A stretch of DNA of 64,000 bases, from contig CAYYIS010000001.1 in the NCBI GenBank assembly GCA_964470965.1, positions 79,247 through 143,246 on the forward strand. Reading direction: 5' to 3'. Below the pieces are notes generated by a model that saw only the letters and a list, made by a program, of their open reading frames with translations, was not told where the DNA came from and ran no database searches. This document shows positions 20,006 through 30,240 of the stretch, in pieces. This DNA comes from an uncultured Gemmatimonadota bacterium (GTDB lineage: Bacteria > JAAXHH01 > JABIQT01). Position numbers and translations under genes: made by a program. How positions within the stretch are numbered: position 1 is the stretch's first letter; each line of letters begins with the position of its first letter.

Positions 20006-21016
20006 ATGGATAACGTAGTCGCCCGCTCCTGGCGGGGCGAGGTCATCGAAGGCCGTATCCGGGCGCATATAGCGGTGGTAGACACGACCGGCCGTTTAAT
20101 TTATTCGGTCGGTGATCCATCATACGTGACGTATTGGCGTTCGTCTTCCAAGCCCATTCAGGCCTTGCCGATGATCGAGACTGGCGCCGCCGATGTTTAC
20201 GGGCTATCGGACGAGGAGATATCGGTCGTTTGTGCTTCGCACAACGGCGAGGACTTTCATACGGATGCGGTACAATCGATTCTAGACAAGGCCGGTCTTT
20301 CCCAGGGTGACCTCCAATGCGGGGACCACCCCTTAGACCGTTCGTTTCATCGGCGTAACCTTCCGGACGATCAGCCTCCCAAGCGTATTCACAGTAATTG
20401 TTCCGGAAAACACGCTGGTATGCTAGCTACCAGTAAACACAATGGCTGGTCGACCGAAACGTACCGGGATTCCAAGCACCCGCTCCAGCAGCGCAATCTG
20501 AAAACGCTGGCCGACCTTTCGGATTATCCGGCTGAAGAGATCCGGATTGGTGTGGATGGATGTGGGGTACCTGTGTTCGCCATGCCCGTCAGGAACATCG
20601 CTTTGGCTTTTGCCCGTGTGGCACGTTCGGACGAACTGAATGCACCTCGTCATGAGGCATTAACACGTATCCGTAATGCAATGATGACATATCCCCACAT
20701 GGTCGGCGGCACCAATCGGTTTGATTCAGAGTTAATGCGTGAGGCGCAGGGGGAGGTTGTGTGCAAGGGCGGTGCAGCCGCGTTGCATGCTGTAGGATTG
20801 CCCGGCAGCGGAATCGGTATCGCCATAAAAATCGAAGATGCGGACGCCACCTATATCGCGCCAACCTCAATGGCGGTCTTGAATCACCTGGACGCGCTCC
20901 CGGATACCGTCCTGTCAGCTCTGGATTCCTACCGGCATTATCCACCCTACATCAACACCCACGATGAGGTGGTAGGACATACGGAGACGACCGTGTTGCT
21001 GCAACAGGCCCTTTAG
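20006..21016 (+). CDS. asparaginase-II-family (Rhizobium-type) protein
   Basis: RSSSKPIQALPMIETGA...VCASHNGEDFHT...NCSGKHAGML motif series. ATG follows GGAG. Confidence 0.65.
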   Translation: MDNVVARSWRGEVIEGRIRAHIAVVDTTGRLIYSVGDPSYVTYWRSSSKPIQALPMIETGAADVYGLSDEEISVVCASHNGEDFHTDAVQSILDKAGLSQGDLQCGDHPLDRSFHRRNLPDDQPPKRIHSNCSGKHAGMLATSKHNGWSTETYRDSKHPLQQRNLKTLADLSDYPAEEIRIGVDGCGVPVFAMPVRNIALAFARVARSDELNAPRHEALTRIRNAMMTYPHMVGGTNRFDSELMREAQGEVVCKGGAAALHAVGLPGSGIGIAIKIEDADATYIAPTSMAVLNHLDALPDTVLSALDSYRHYPPYINTHDEVVGHTETTVLLQQAL

Positions 21017-21047
21017 GAAAAAAGCCGGAGGAACTGCTCCGGCTTTT
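21017..21047. terminator. bidirectional rho-independent terminator between convergent genes
   Basis: GAAAAAA-AGCCGGAG-gaactg-CTCCGGCT-TTTAAA: 8-bp GC-rich stem flanked by A and T tracts. Confidence 0.7.
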
Positions 21048-21083
21048 AAACATCCTACCCTTCGCTGGTTCCCGGAATTGAAC

Positions 21084-21965
21084 TTAGTTCACCACCATGT
21101 CTTCCGGCCAAAAATACTGCTGCGGGTTGATCCCGTTACCGTAACGGCGAACTTCATAATGAAGATGGTACCCGTTTGCTCGTCCGGTTTTCCCCACTTT
21201 GCCTATAACATCCCGTCGTGAGACTTCCTTCCCGGATGCCACATCTATCGAGGACAGGTGGCCAAATCTGGTAATCAGACCGTTCTGATGATTGATTTCT
21301 ACATAGAGGCCCAGATAGGCATTTAACCCGGTTCTAGATACGATACCCTCTGCAGGGGCGTGTACCGGAGTGCCACGGGGGGCAGCTATGTCCACGCCGT
21401 TATGCATACGCCGCAGGCCGGTAAAAGGATCGTTACGCATACCGAACCGGCTCGTTGTCACACCGTTGACGGGCCTAACGGTTGGAATATGATTCCAGTA
21501 GGCCTGTGTTTCTGCGGCTTCCTGTTCGATTTCTTCCAGACTCGCGAGCGATAGCTCGGCTTCACGAATCAGTCTATCGAGAGTGTCCTGCAACTGGACC
21601 GACCTGGCAATCGGCGTACCCGGCCGTTCGAGCATGGGATCGTAGAACACACCCCCCACGCCGACCTGTCGTGTGTGGGGATGAATGTCCGGTAACCCGA
21701 CGATGATCCGGGCGTCCTGTTCCTCCTGGATTACCGAATCAAGCCGGGCCTTGTAGTGGTTACTGAGGAACTCCACTTCAATGAGCCGGTTCAGCAAATG
21801 GCTGTTTTTATATTGGTAATATATCGTTCCTACAGACCAGAATCCGACACCGACCAACCCAACGAGGCTGACCGCGAAAATGGTCAGCGCAATGTTACGC
21901 ATCCGATGTGATCTGCCGGAATGATGCGCCAGTAGCATCACCGTCACTCTGGGGAGTCTCGGCAC
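21084..21965 (-). CDS. M23 (LytM-type) metallopeptidase, membrane-anchored
   Basis: N-terminal TM helix, central coiled region, HNGVDIAAPRGTPV and GYHLHYEV zinc motifs. Confidence 0.85.
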   Translation of the reverse strand: MPRLPRVTVMLLAHHSGRSHRMRNIALTIFAVSLVGLVGVGFWSVGTIYYQYKNSHLLNRLIEVEFLSNHYKARLDSVIQEEQDARIIVGLPDIHPHTRQVGVGGVFYDPMLERPGTPIARSVQLQDTLDRLIREAELSLASLEEIEQEAAETQAYWNHIPTVRPVNGVTTSRFGMRNDPFTGLRRMHNGVDIAAPRGTPVHAPAEGIVSRTGLNAYLGLYVEINHQNGLITRFGHLSSIDVASGKEVSRRDVIGKVGKTGRANGYHLHYEVRRYGNGINPQQYFWPEDMVVN

Positions 21966-22100
21966 GTGATTAACTCCTGGATTAAGTACATCACTATATT
22001 ACGGAAATAATATTTAGCTAATATAACCGTGTATAATTGGCTGTCAACAGTAGAATAGGTGTTGAATTTAGATATTTGAAAAGCAATAATCTCGTTAAAT

Positions 22101-22132
22101 TGAAAAACCGGGTGCATAAACGATGCACCCGG
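22101..22132 (-). terminator. rho-independent terminator after the second M23 peptidase gene
   Basis: On the minus strand: CCGGGTGCAT-cgttt-ATGCACCCGG followed by TTTTTCA. Confidence 0.75.
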
Positions 22133-22157
22133 TTTCCAAGCAAAATAGTCTTCAGGA

Positions 22158-23105
22158 TTAGTCCACGATGTATTCTTCGGGGAAAAAATAGGATGAAGGA
22201 TCTACTATTCGGCCATTCTTTCTAACTTCATAATGAAGATGATAACTGGTCGCACGCCCGGTTTTACCAACCTGGCCGATCACCAAACCCCGTTCTACTT
22301 TTGCGCCGCGTTTTGTGCTGATGACTGAGAGGTGGCCATAACGAGTTGTGTATCCGTTTTGGTGGTCCACATCGACGAATCTACCATAATTGACGTCCAG
22401 TCCGGTTTTATATACGATGCCATTAGCGGTCACACGAACAGGTTCACCGCGATGCGCGGCGATATCGAAACCAGGGTGCAAACGGCGTAGTCCAGTAAAC
22501 GGATCATCACGCATACCGAACGGGCTGGAGGTCGGCCCGCCGACAGGTCGGACTGTCGGGATATGGAGCCAATACTCGCTATCTGCCTTTGCGCGTTCTT
22601 CTATTCCTTTCAAACTCGCTTTTTCCAACTGTACATCCCGGAGGAGGCGATCCAGTTTTTTACGAATAGAGGTGGCGTATGCTTCTGGTGATCCTGGTTC
22701 CTCTTGGGAAAGAAATAATTCCTTATAGCCACCAACACCCACCTCCCGTACGTCCGGATGGATATCCGGGAGACCGACCACGACCCGGGCGGCTTTTTCA
22801 CGCTCAACCAGTTCGGTCATCTTCTCTTCGAATGTTTCGGTTAGGGTGTCAAGCTCCTGAAGCCGAACCGTAAGCATTTCATTTTCCCGTTCCAGGTTCG
22901 CCAGTTTACCGCCATCGAAAATCGATACCACATAGGTGGATCCTATGCTCCAGACTCCCAGTACGAAGAGAAACGCCATCACCAGGATACAGCACAGCGC
23001 AAATGGCCCACCCAACTGTCGCGCACCATGCTTATTATGTGGAATCAGCAAAAGTGTAAAGCGTCTTCCTAGTGCCAAAAAAACAACCTCCTGCCTGTTA
23101 GTCAT
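22158..23105 (-). CDS. M23 (LytM-type) metallopeptidase, membrane-anchored (paralog)
   Basis: Same architecture as 21084-21965. HPGFDIAAHRGEPV and SYHLHYEV motifs. Confidence 0.85.
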   Translation of the reverse strand: MTNRQEVVFLALGRRFTLLLIPHNKHGARQLGGPFALCCILVMAFLFVLGVWSIGSTYVVSIFDGGKLANLERENEMLTVRLQELDTLTETFEEKMTELVEREKAARVVVGLPDIHPDVREVGVGGYKELFLSQEEPGSPEAYATSIRKKLDRLLRDVQLEKASLKGIEERAKADSEYWLHIPTVRPVGGPTSSPFGMRDDPFTGLRRLHPGFDIAAHRGEPVRVTANGIVYKTGLDVNYGRFVDVDHQNGYTTRYGHLSVISTKRGAKVERGLVIGQVGKTGRATSYHLHYEVRKNGRIVDPSSYFFPEEYIVD

Positions 23106-23666
23106 TTGCCTCGGAATATATACTTTACACGATGCACATATGACAAACAGTCATTAGAATCAAGGCAATTTCCCATAATTCGAGAATTCTATCGTACCAT
23201 TTTCGGTATCACATTCCTGGACAATCTTCACCTGTTCGGCTTATTATTTCACACCAAGAGCCCGTGATCGAGAATTCGAATATTGCATCCGCAAGTAATA
23301 TGTAGGATAATGTGCAAATATAGCGTTATAGGATAAAGGCTGTCAATATTTATTCTTTTCCCTTAACAATTGTGCTGTGCGGGTTTAAGAGATAGGCTGG
23401 CAAAAACATCATCTTACCAATGAACGGATAAGAAATTCTTTTTAAGATTAGAATCCATCAATGAAAATTTCAAAATAACAATTGAGTATGAATCGTCCTG
23501 ACACCACCTGTGGACAAAAGGAAATTTGCTTCTTCAAGCCGTGTTGCTGAAGAATTCGCACCTTTTTGCCGGTTTAGAAGAAGATTTCGGAAGGATGACA
23601 TATACCAAAGCAACATCACGACAATCGGTGAACGTGGCCTTGATTTAAGGAGGTCGATAGGCTTAT

Positions 23667-24524
23667 TCAGTTCATATATGAGCGTAAGCGCTGGCTGCGG
23701 GACGTGTGCCTGAGCCTTCGGATCGCCTTTTCTTTTATTTGGCGCACACGTTCCCGTGTCAGTCCGAACTGGGAGCCTATCTCTTCGAGGGTGAGGGAGC
23801 GGTCTGCGTTGATTCCAAAGTAGAGACTGATGACGTCGGCTTCCCGGTCTGTCAGGGAATCGAGAGCTCTGGTGATTTCTAATTTCAGAGATTCATCCAT
23901 CAATATCTCGTCTGGAGAGGTCTGCATATCGTCTTCGAGGATGTCCAGAAGTCGGTTGTCTTCACCTGGGGTAAACGGTGCGTCGAGCGACAGATGCCGG
24001 TTTGAGATCCGCATGGTGTCTACGATTTCAGATGGACTCATTTCAAGCGTTTCAGCGATTTCGTCCGCACTGGGTTCCCGTCCGTATTCCTGTTCCAAGT
24101 CGCTGGAGACCCGCCCGATCTTGTGCAGGGTCCCGACTCGGTTAAGAGGTAAGCGGACGATACGTGACTGCTCCGCGAGGGCCTGCAGGATTGCTTGCCG
24201 GATCCACCAGACAGCATAGGAAATGAATTTGAATCCTTTTGTCTCATCAAAACGCTTGGCGGCTTTGATAAGACCGAGATTGCCTTCGTTGATCAAATCC
24301 GTCAGATTAAGGCCCTGATTTTGGTACTGTTTGGCAACACTCACCACAAAGCGCAGGTTGGCCTTGGTAAGCTTCTCCAACGCATCTTCACTACCACCAT
24401 GAATGGAACGGGCTAACTCGATTTCTTCGTCTGCGGTCAGGAGGGGCACGTCCCCGATTTCCTGTAGATACTGATCCAGCGACTGTTCTTCTCTAGAATA
24501 TGTCTTATTCATAAATGTTGTCAC
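23667..24524 (-). CDS. rpoD: RNA polymerase sigma-70 family factor (short primary-like sigma)
   Basis: Regions 2-4 present: [59 protein letters not shown]. Confidence 0.85.
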   Translation of the reverse strand: MTTFMNKTYSREEQSLDQYLQEIGDVPLLTADEEIELARSIHGGSEDALEKLTKANLRFVVSVAKQYQNQGLNLTDLINEGNLGLIKAAKRFDETKGFKFISYAVWWIRQAILQALAEQSRIVRLPLNRVGTLHKIGRVSSDLEQEYGREPSADEIAETLEMSPSEIVDTMRISNRHLSLDAPFTPGEDNRLLDILEDDMQTSPDEILMDESLKLEITRALDSLTDREADVISLYFGINADRSLTLEEIGSQFGLTRERVRQIKEKAIRRLRHTSRSQRLRSYMN

Positions 24525-24610
24525 GCGTTCTTTAAGCTCCTTTAAATTTCCACATCATACCGGAAACCGGGTCATGCCAGTCATCCGACAATAGCACATG
24601 GTTATCCGGG

Positions 24611-25060
24611 TTAAGACTGCAAAACTTTAGCAAGTTCCTGAATGAGCTCCTCCCTTTTGGCTTTCGATATTTGCCTGCCATGTAACGACAGTCCGGACGT
24701 CTGTCTGGCCAGGCGTCTCAAATTTACCACGGTCATTTGCTCCAGTTCCTTTAGCGAATGATCTGGAGAAACGGTATCCACCGCCGCCGGACGGGTATCC
24801 TGCATGGTGCGCAGCTCGTCATGCGGCCTTGGAATCACATGTTGCGCAATTAGCTCGCCGACTTGCTCCGCCGCGGCCGCACCGGCATCCACTGCCGCAC
24901 GGACCGCCGCCACATTACCCGCGAAGGACACGGTGATCATGGCCGGATCGACGCGCTCTGTACCGACCAGCTGAACCTGCGCCGTCTTCAGTGCCGCATC
25001 CGCAGCTGTTATGGCGCCCACAAGTCCACGTGTTTCTATTAAACCGAGTGCTTCAGACAT
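24611..25060 (-). CDS. BMC-H shell protein with C-terminal Rho_N/HeH-like extension
   Basis: N-terminal BMC domain (ALGLIETRGLVGAITAADAALKTA...VIPRPH). Pore loop reads RVDPAM instead of KVGGGY. The tail MTVVNLRRLARQTSGLSLHGRQISKAKREELIQEL resembles the Rho N-terminal/SAP-like motif. Confidence 0.8.
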   Translation of the reverse strand: MSEALGLIETRGLVGAITAADAALKTAQVQLVGTERVDPAMITVSFAGNVAAVRAAVDAGAAAAEQVGELIAQHVIPRPHDELRTMQDTRPAAVDTVSPDHSLKELEQMTVVNLRRLARQTSGLSLHGRQISKAKREELIQELAKVLQS

Positions 25061-25065
25061 TTGGT

Positions 25066-25338
25066 CTACTCACCCGCAGGAAGAATCGATTCTACGTCGG
25101 AATGAGGCCGCGGAATAACATGTACCGATACAACTTCGCCTACACGCTCCGCGGCCGCTGCTCCGGCATCCGTTGCTGCTTTAACCGCACCCACATCACC
25201 ACGTACCATCACGGTTACATAACCGCCGCCGACCTTTTCTTTACCAACCAGCGTCACCTGAGCTGCCTTGACCATCGCGTCCGCAGCTTCGATTGAAGCG
25301 GTGAGCCCCCTCGTTTCTATCATCCCCAGTGCTTCCAA
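25066..25338 (-). CDS. BMC-H shell protein (PduA/EutM-like)
   Basis: [12 protein letters not shown]...[21 protein letters not shown]...VIPRPH; 90 aa. Confidence 0.92.
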   Translation of the reverse strand: MEALGMIETRGLTASIEAADAMVKAAQVTLVGKEKVGGGYVTVMVRGDVGAVKAATDAGAAAAERVGEVVSVHVIPRPHSDVESILPAGE

Positions 25339-25568
25339 ATTCGTATCTCCCTTCTCAATGTCACGTTGTTGGCTATGCGCCGAATTCCTGTAATATCATA
25401 ACTGAAAAATATACGTTTGTGGCCAATAGTCAACCAACATAAATCTTCGAAGTCAGCAATAATACGATGTAACTGTTTGTTTGTCAACACTTTTTAGCAT
25501 AAAAATGATGTACGGGTTGTATTGTAACCTCCGTAGGGACAACAAATTGAACGTATCTCGCAGCACGT

Positions 25569-26822
25569 TTACAGAACCGGCAACATACCGGAAACATCGA
25601 ACGTCAACGGTTGAGGTTTACCGACAATTTCCAGATCGGCACGGGAATTGGCCTCATCCAGAAGAGCCTCCGAGACATCGACCTCCCCTACGTGAAGAGT
25701 ATCCATGATACGTACCATTCGGCTTTCAGCAGGCCGTTTCATTCCGATCGTAGAGAGCGCCGCTTCGATCACTTTTTCATCCGTATCGAAATAGACTGGA
25801 ATCCTGGACTTCTGCGGGCTCATACCGGTAATGGAGTTCACATAGGTGTACTCTGTATTGATCTGATCCACCAGTCGCTTCGTGGTGAAATCCGCCAGTC
25901 CGATCCCCACCGCATTGCCTTCACTTTCCGGTGTCAGGTCTCTTACAAATATACGCAGGATACGCGGTGTTGAGGGCTCGTCTTCAAAATTCTGCATGCG
26001 CCGGCCGATGACGTTGGTGTCCATGCCGGTGCCGCTGATATTTTTGCCCATCTTATCCACGACGAGAATGTCGATATCCTCAAACGGTAGTTTCGGCATC
26101 AATCGTTTCGACTCCTGAAAAAGTGCTCGTTCCCGAGCTTCCAGACCCTCCACCGGAATGCCGACTACATGGGCTGTCTGGTCGTATGCATTTTCTACGA
26201 TCGCCATCCCGAACGCTACCGGCGTCTTAACGATCACCTGGCGCGCCACCGAGGTGATCATTCGCTCGAATCCGTATTGGAACACAGCACCGTGGTAATA
26301 ACTGGCTCCCTTCTGCTTTCCGAGCCCGATGGCCATCATCTTCATCAGGCCGCTGCCGATGTCCCCTTCAAAATCGGTGTGCGGCTTGACCCGGTTGACA
26401 AACACTATATGGTCCGCCTGCAATGCATTGCGATCCACGAATACCGGGAGGCCGTCATCCGTCTCTGCGATCAGCTCAGGTTCGATGTCCGATTTCAACG
26501 GGCACCCCATGCCCGTTTCCGTGATTCCATAATGCGCCAACACCCGGAGTTGGCCTTCCGATGTTGCACCGCCGTGGCTGCCCATAGCCGGAACAATGAA
26601 AGGTTCCATGCCGGCGTTCTGAAGCGCGATGACCGTGTTGCGAACGATAGTGCCGTAATTAGTGATTCCCCGGCTTCCCGCGGCAACCGCTACGGTTCCT
26701 CCGGCCTTCATGCCGGCTTCCTTGATCATTCTGCCCGCTTCCGCCTGGGTGGTTCCCGGGATGTCCTGTACCACCGGTGCTTCAAAGTGCTGCCTTAAAC
26801 GGGCGATGTTAGGATACTCCAT
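25569..26822 (-). CDS. lactate-racemase N-terminal-domain-like (DUF2088-like) protein
   Basis: 417 aa. Motifs GSRGI, PAMGSHGGAT.EGQ, NRVKPHTDF.G..GSGLMKM.AIGLGKQKGA, recalled as typical of the LarA_N-like family. Assignment is from memory only. Confidence 0.45.
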   Translation of the reverse strand: MEYPNIARLRQHFEAPVVQDIPGTTQAEAGRMIKEAGMKAGGTVAVAAGSRGITNYGTIVRNTVIALQNAGMEPFIVPAMGSHGGATSEGQLRVLAHYGITETGMGCPLKSDIEPELIAETDDGLPVFVDRNALQADHIVFVNRVKPHTDFEGDIGSGLMKMMAIGLGKQKGASYYHGAVFQYGFERMITSVARQVIVKTPVAFGMAIVENAYDQTAHVVGIPVEGLEARERALFQESKRLMPKLPFEDIDILVVDKMGKNISGTGMDTNVIGRRMQNFEDEPSTPRILRIFVRDLTPESEGNAVGIGLADFTTKRLVDQINTEYTYVNSITGMSPQKSRIPVYFDTDEKVIEAALSTIGMKRPAESRMVRIMDTLHVGEVDVSEALLDEANSRADLEIVGKPQPLTFDVSGMLPVL

Positions 26823-26835
26823 AGTGTTTCCCTTC

Positions 26836-28206
26836 CTAAATTCCGTTAATGAACCGTCCCGGGTTTAACGTCCGTCGCGGGTCGAAGCGGTCCTTGATCT
26901 GTTTCATCATGCCCCCGTCGTTGCGGGGTGTTCCCCAGACGCTTATTCGTTCCTTGAGGGCCACCGGAGCGTGATCAATCGTCAGGCCGCCGGCCATGTC
27001 CGAAGCTGCTGCGGTCAATTCTGCAAGAATAGATGCCAGGATATCCACAGTTTTATCATCGAACGGTTTCTCAAGATAGAATACTAGTGTCATTGCACCG
27101 TTGCCGAAATGGGAGAGCATGGCGCAACCGACCGGCTGGTTTTTACAACGATCCTCGGCCGTCTGATATAGTCTACCAAGGTCTTCAGGTGGCACACTCG
27201 CCCGACAGACAATTCCCGGCAGCATACCATGCGGCACCGCCTGCCCTGTAGGAATATCCTGGATCACCTCCAGGGTGAGATCGTAAAGGGCGTCCTTAAC
27301 GGAAATTACCTGGGTCGCCCCCATGGTTTCACACAGTTTTCTGGCATCTGCCATCTGCCATTCGACCGATTCCTCCGGTCCGAAGGCACCGATTATGAGC
27401 GGAAACCCCGTATCTCCAAGGCCTCTGCCGGCGCGCCGTGCCAAGATCGCCACCGGTACCGGGTTGGCCATTTCTATAAAACCGGGCGTGATGTCCGAAT
27501 CCAGAACCTGCTGTGCCGCCTCCGTGGCAGTGGATATGGAAGGAAAACGGCCGATAACCGCCTGCCCGGTCTCTGGTTTCGGTTGCACTTTGAGCGTCAC
27601 CTCCACCAGGATACCCAGCGTACCCAGCGCCCCGATATACATCTTATTGAGGTCGTATCCAGCCACATTTTTAACCACTTTGCCGCCGGCTTTCACTACG
27701 GTACCATCCGCCTGCACCACTTTCGTTCCGATCACCAGATCCCTTGCCGTGCCGTACATCCAGCGAAGCGCACCGCTTGAATTGGTAGAGAGAACACCGC
27801 CAATAGTGCAAGTGTCAGAGTGGGGAGGGTCGAGCGGAAAATATTGACCTCCCTGTGCAAGATCCGCCTGCAGGTCTGCCAGCCGAATGCCAGCCTGCAC
27901 GGTTGCCGTCATATCCGCTGGTGCATATTCGATGACCTGGTTCAGTCGCTCCAGGGAAACAATCAGGTCCACCCTTTCCGGAGGCATGCCCAGATCCATC
28001 TTGGTGCCACCGCCCCGGGGCGCCACCTTCAGCCCCTTTTCCGATGCAAACCCTATCACTGCTGCCAGCGTCTCCACGCTATCCGGTGCCACGACCGCGT
28101 CGGGGGCAACACCGTCTATGGTCTGATCCGCCAGTGTGGCCTCATCAGCAGGAATGTAGTCGGAAACGATTGTTTTGAGATCTTTCTGGAGGTCTGCTAA
28201 TCTCAT
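26836..28206 (-). CDS. FAD-binding PCMH-type oxidoreductase (GlcE / FAD-linked oxidase-like)
   Basis: PRGGGTKMDLG and VKNVAGYDL motifs. Its start overlaps the stop of the upstream activase gene (ATGA). Confidence 0.75.
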   Translation of the reverse strand: MRLADLQKDLKTIVSDYIPADEATLADQTIDGVAPDAVVAPDSVETLAAVIGFASEKGLKVAPRGGGTKMDLGMPPERVDLIVSLERLNQVIEYAPADMTATVQAGIRLADLQADLAQGGQYFPLDPPHSDTCTIGGVLSTNSSGALRWMYGTARDLVIGTKVVQADGTVVKAGGKVVKNVAGYDLNKMYIGALGTLGILVEVTLKVQPKPETGQAVIGRFPSISTATEAAQQVLDSDITPGFIEMANPVPVAILARRAGRGLGDTGFPLIIGAFGPEESVEWQMADARKLCETMGATQVISVKDALYDLTLEVIQDIPTGQAVPHGMLPGIVCRASVPPEDLGRLYQTAEDRCKNQPVGCAMLSHFGNGAMTLVFYLEKPFDDKTVDILASILAELTAAASDMAGGLTIDHAPVALKERISVWGTPRNDGGMMKQIKDRFDPRRTLNPGRFINGI

Positions 28207-30149
28207 GTCAAGTCCATCGGCATCGGTTTAAACTGACAGGCTTCCACAAAGATCTCGAAGAAATCGGGCATGGTTTCAAGCTCTATATGTTCTACGGATT
28301 TGACCAGGCCCTCCAGCGCATTCCTTTTGCGTTGTGACAGCAGCACCTCTCGGGCGCCTTGCACTGCAGCGTTGCCTACCTTGACGATACGATTTTCAGG
28401 TACAGGCGCTAGGAAGCCGATGTCTATGGCGTTGGAGACATTCACGTAGTTTGCGAATCCTCCGGCCAGATGCAGTCGGTCCACATCGGCAGGAGAGATG
28501 CCGAACGCCCGCATGACTATATACTGACCACAGTAGTTGGCCGCCTTAGCCTGCGCCAGGTTGCTGGCGTCTTCACGGGACAACGTGAGGTTGTGGTCCG
28601 GAACGACGACCATTTCATATTGTTTCCGGTCGGCGAACACCCCTTTAGGTGTCATCTGCCCATGGCGACGCAATTCCGCCAGAAGATCGATCAGTCCGGA
28701 GCCACAGATACCTCGGGGTGGTAGGTCGCCAATGGTGCGCCAGTTGAAAATGCCATTATGCCATCGGATCGATTCGATGGCACCCTCGTAACCGGGCATA
28801 CCATATCGTATGCCCCCGCCTTCGAATGCAGGGCCAGCCGGACAGGATGCAGCGATAATGCGTCCACCGCCCGCCACGACTACCTCGGTGTTGGTTCCCA
28901 CATCCACCAGCATGGAAATTCCGTCCTGTTTGTCAAGGTCAGTGGCCGCCAGATCCGCGGCCACATCGCCGCCCACATGACTGGCGATCAGTGGCAGGCC
29001 GTAAGCCTTTGCTTTCGGATTAACCCGGATACCGATCCGCCGGGTGCTCTGAACGAGGGCCGTGGTGTCCCGCTCTCCCGCGAGGAACTCGTGCTCCACG
29101 ATCGACTTGTAGGGCTTCTGGCCTATGCTCTGGACGTCCAGTCTGAACAGGATATCACGCATGGTGGAATTGCCGGCTACCACCACTTCATAGATTTCCT
29201 GACGCACGAACCCCAGGCGTTCGGTTAGTTCCTGAATTTCATGGTTGATGGCATTGACCACGGATTTGCGCAGCTCTCCCTGAAACGAGCCGTCATAAGT
29301 AATCCGGTACATCACATCGCTGCCGCCAAACCGCTGCGGATTCTCGAAGGAACTGACATGGACGCTCCGGCCGGATTCCAGGTCCACCAGGTCCATCACT
29401 ATCGTGGTGGTGCCCAGGTCGATAGCCAGTCCGTACAAGCGGCCGCGATAGGTGTCGATCGGTCCACCCTCGTAGTACACCGTATCTCCTTCCCGAGTGA
29501 CTACCGGATCAATCGAGATCCGTTTGTCGTTTGTGAGCGTAAGGATTTTGGGGGTGCGCCGCAGAGGGGTGAACTCGATCAACGCGTCGGCGTCGGCGAC
29601 TTTTGCCTGGCAGGCGAGCCGGTAATTGTCCCGGAGAAACGACTCCGCTTCGGTCCGTGGTTCCAGCGCGTCGACGCCCTGGGTGATCTCGACGATACAC
29701 TCGTGGCAAAGAGCAGAACGCCCGCAGGAGGTAGGCACCTGGACCGCCAACTCGTCAGCATACTCGAAAACAGTGCGTCCTGCAGCCAGCTTTCGGAACG
29801 CACCGTCGTGGGATATGACACCTTCGCCGTAAACGATGGCCGCATCCTCGTGGCCTGGTAGGCCTTCCACGATAGCAGCTGTTCCCGTTTCCCAGGCCTT
29901 ACGGTAATCCAGCTTGTCGTCCCCGCCGCAAAGCATCCGCCCATCCTTCTCACGGGGTTTGCGCTGATTCCGACATCCAAATTTGGCCGTGCATTCATCG
30001 AACCGATTCTTGTACGGACAACGGTACGTCGCCTGCTCGTCCGCATGCACCATCATCTCCGAGAACAGCTCTGTGATCCGGTCCAGGCGCTTCTGGTATT
30101 CGTCTTTGTCTATTTTTTGCATGGGGATATATATTTTTTGAATTTCCAA
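28203..30149 (-). CDS. corrinoid reductive activase (RACo/RamA-type: [2Fe-2S] ferredoxin plus ASKHA ATPase, DUF4445) with Cys-rich N-terminal extension
   Basis: Ferredoxin motif SCGRSALCHECIVEI...RLACQAKV. ASKHA motifs GLAIDLGTTTIV, VAGNSTM, LVDVGTNTEVV, SCPAGPAFEGGGI, GICGSGLIDL, LAGGFANY. About 95 extra N-terminal residues carry 5 Cys. Confidence 0.85.
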   Translation of the reverse strand: MEIQKIYIPMQKIDKDEYQKRLDRITELFSEMMVHADEQATYRCPYKNRFDECTAKFGCRNQRKPREKDGRMLCGGDDKLDYRKAWETGTAAIVEGLPGHEDAAIVYGEGVISHDGAFRKLAAGRTVFEYADELAVQVPTSCGRSALCHECIVEITQGVDALEPRTEAESFLRDNYRLACQAKVADADALIEFTPLRRTPKILTLTNDKRISIDPVVTREGDTVYYEGGPIDTYRGRLYGLAIDLGTTTIVMDLVDLESGRSVHVSSFENPQRFGGSDVMYRITYDGSFQGELRKSVVNAINHEIQELTERLGFVRQEIYEVVVAGNSTMRDILFRLDVQSIGQKPYKSIVEHEFLAGERDTTALVQSTRRIGIRVNPKAKAYGLPLIASHVGGDVAADLAATDLDKQDGISMLVDVGTNTEVVVAGGGRIIAASCPAGPAFEGGGIRYGMPGYEGAIESIRWHNGIFNWRTIGDLPPRGICGSGLIDLLAELRRHGQMTPKGVFADRKQYEMVVVPDHNLTLSREDASNLAQAKAANYCGQYIVMRAFGISPADVDRLHLAGGFANYVNVSNAIDIGFLAPVPENRIVKVGNAAVQGAREVLLSQRKRNALEGLVKSVEHIELETMPDFFEIFVEACQFKPMPMDLT

Positions 30150-30212
30150 TCTTGTATATTGATAATTTGTTTCAGCACGTCTTCAAGAGTTGGCATATCA
30201 GCTTCAACGGTG

Positions 30213-30240
30213 TCAAAACGCAGGAGTCTCTGCGTTTTGA
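30213..30240. repeat. perfect 11-bp inverted repeat (possible bidirectional terminator or operator)
   Basis: TCAAAACGCAG-gagtct-CTGCGTTTTGA inside an AT-rich spacer, about 65 nt upstream of the activase start. Confidence 0.35.

Noticed and set aside
23106-23666. 560-nt AT-rich intergenic region with two copies of TCGAGAATTC. Considered as operator repeats or a degraded element.
   Set aside because: There are only two short copies containing a common palindrome (GAATTC), with no flanking structure. This is most simply read as promoter-region DNA for the M23 peptidase gene.
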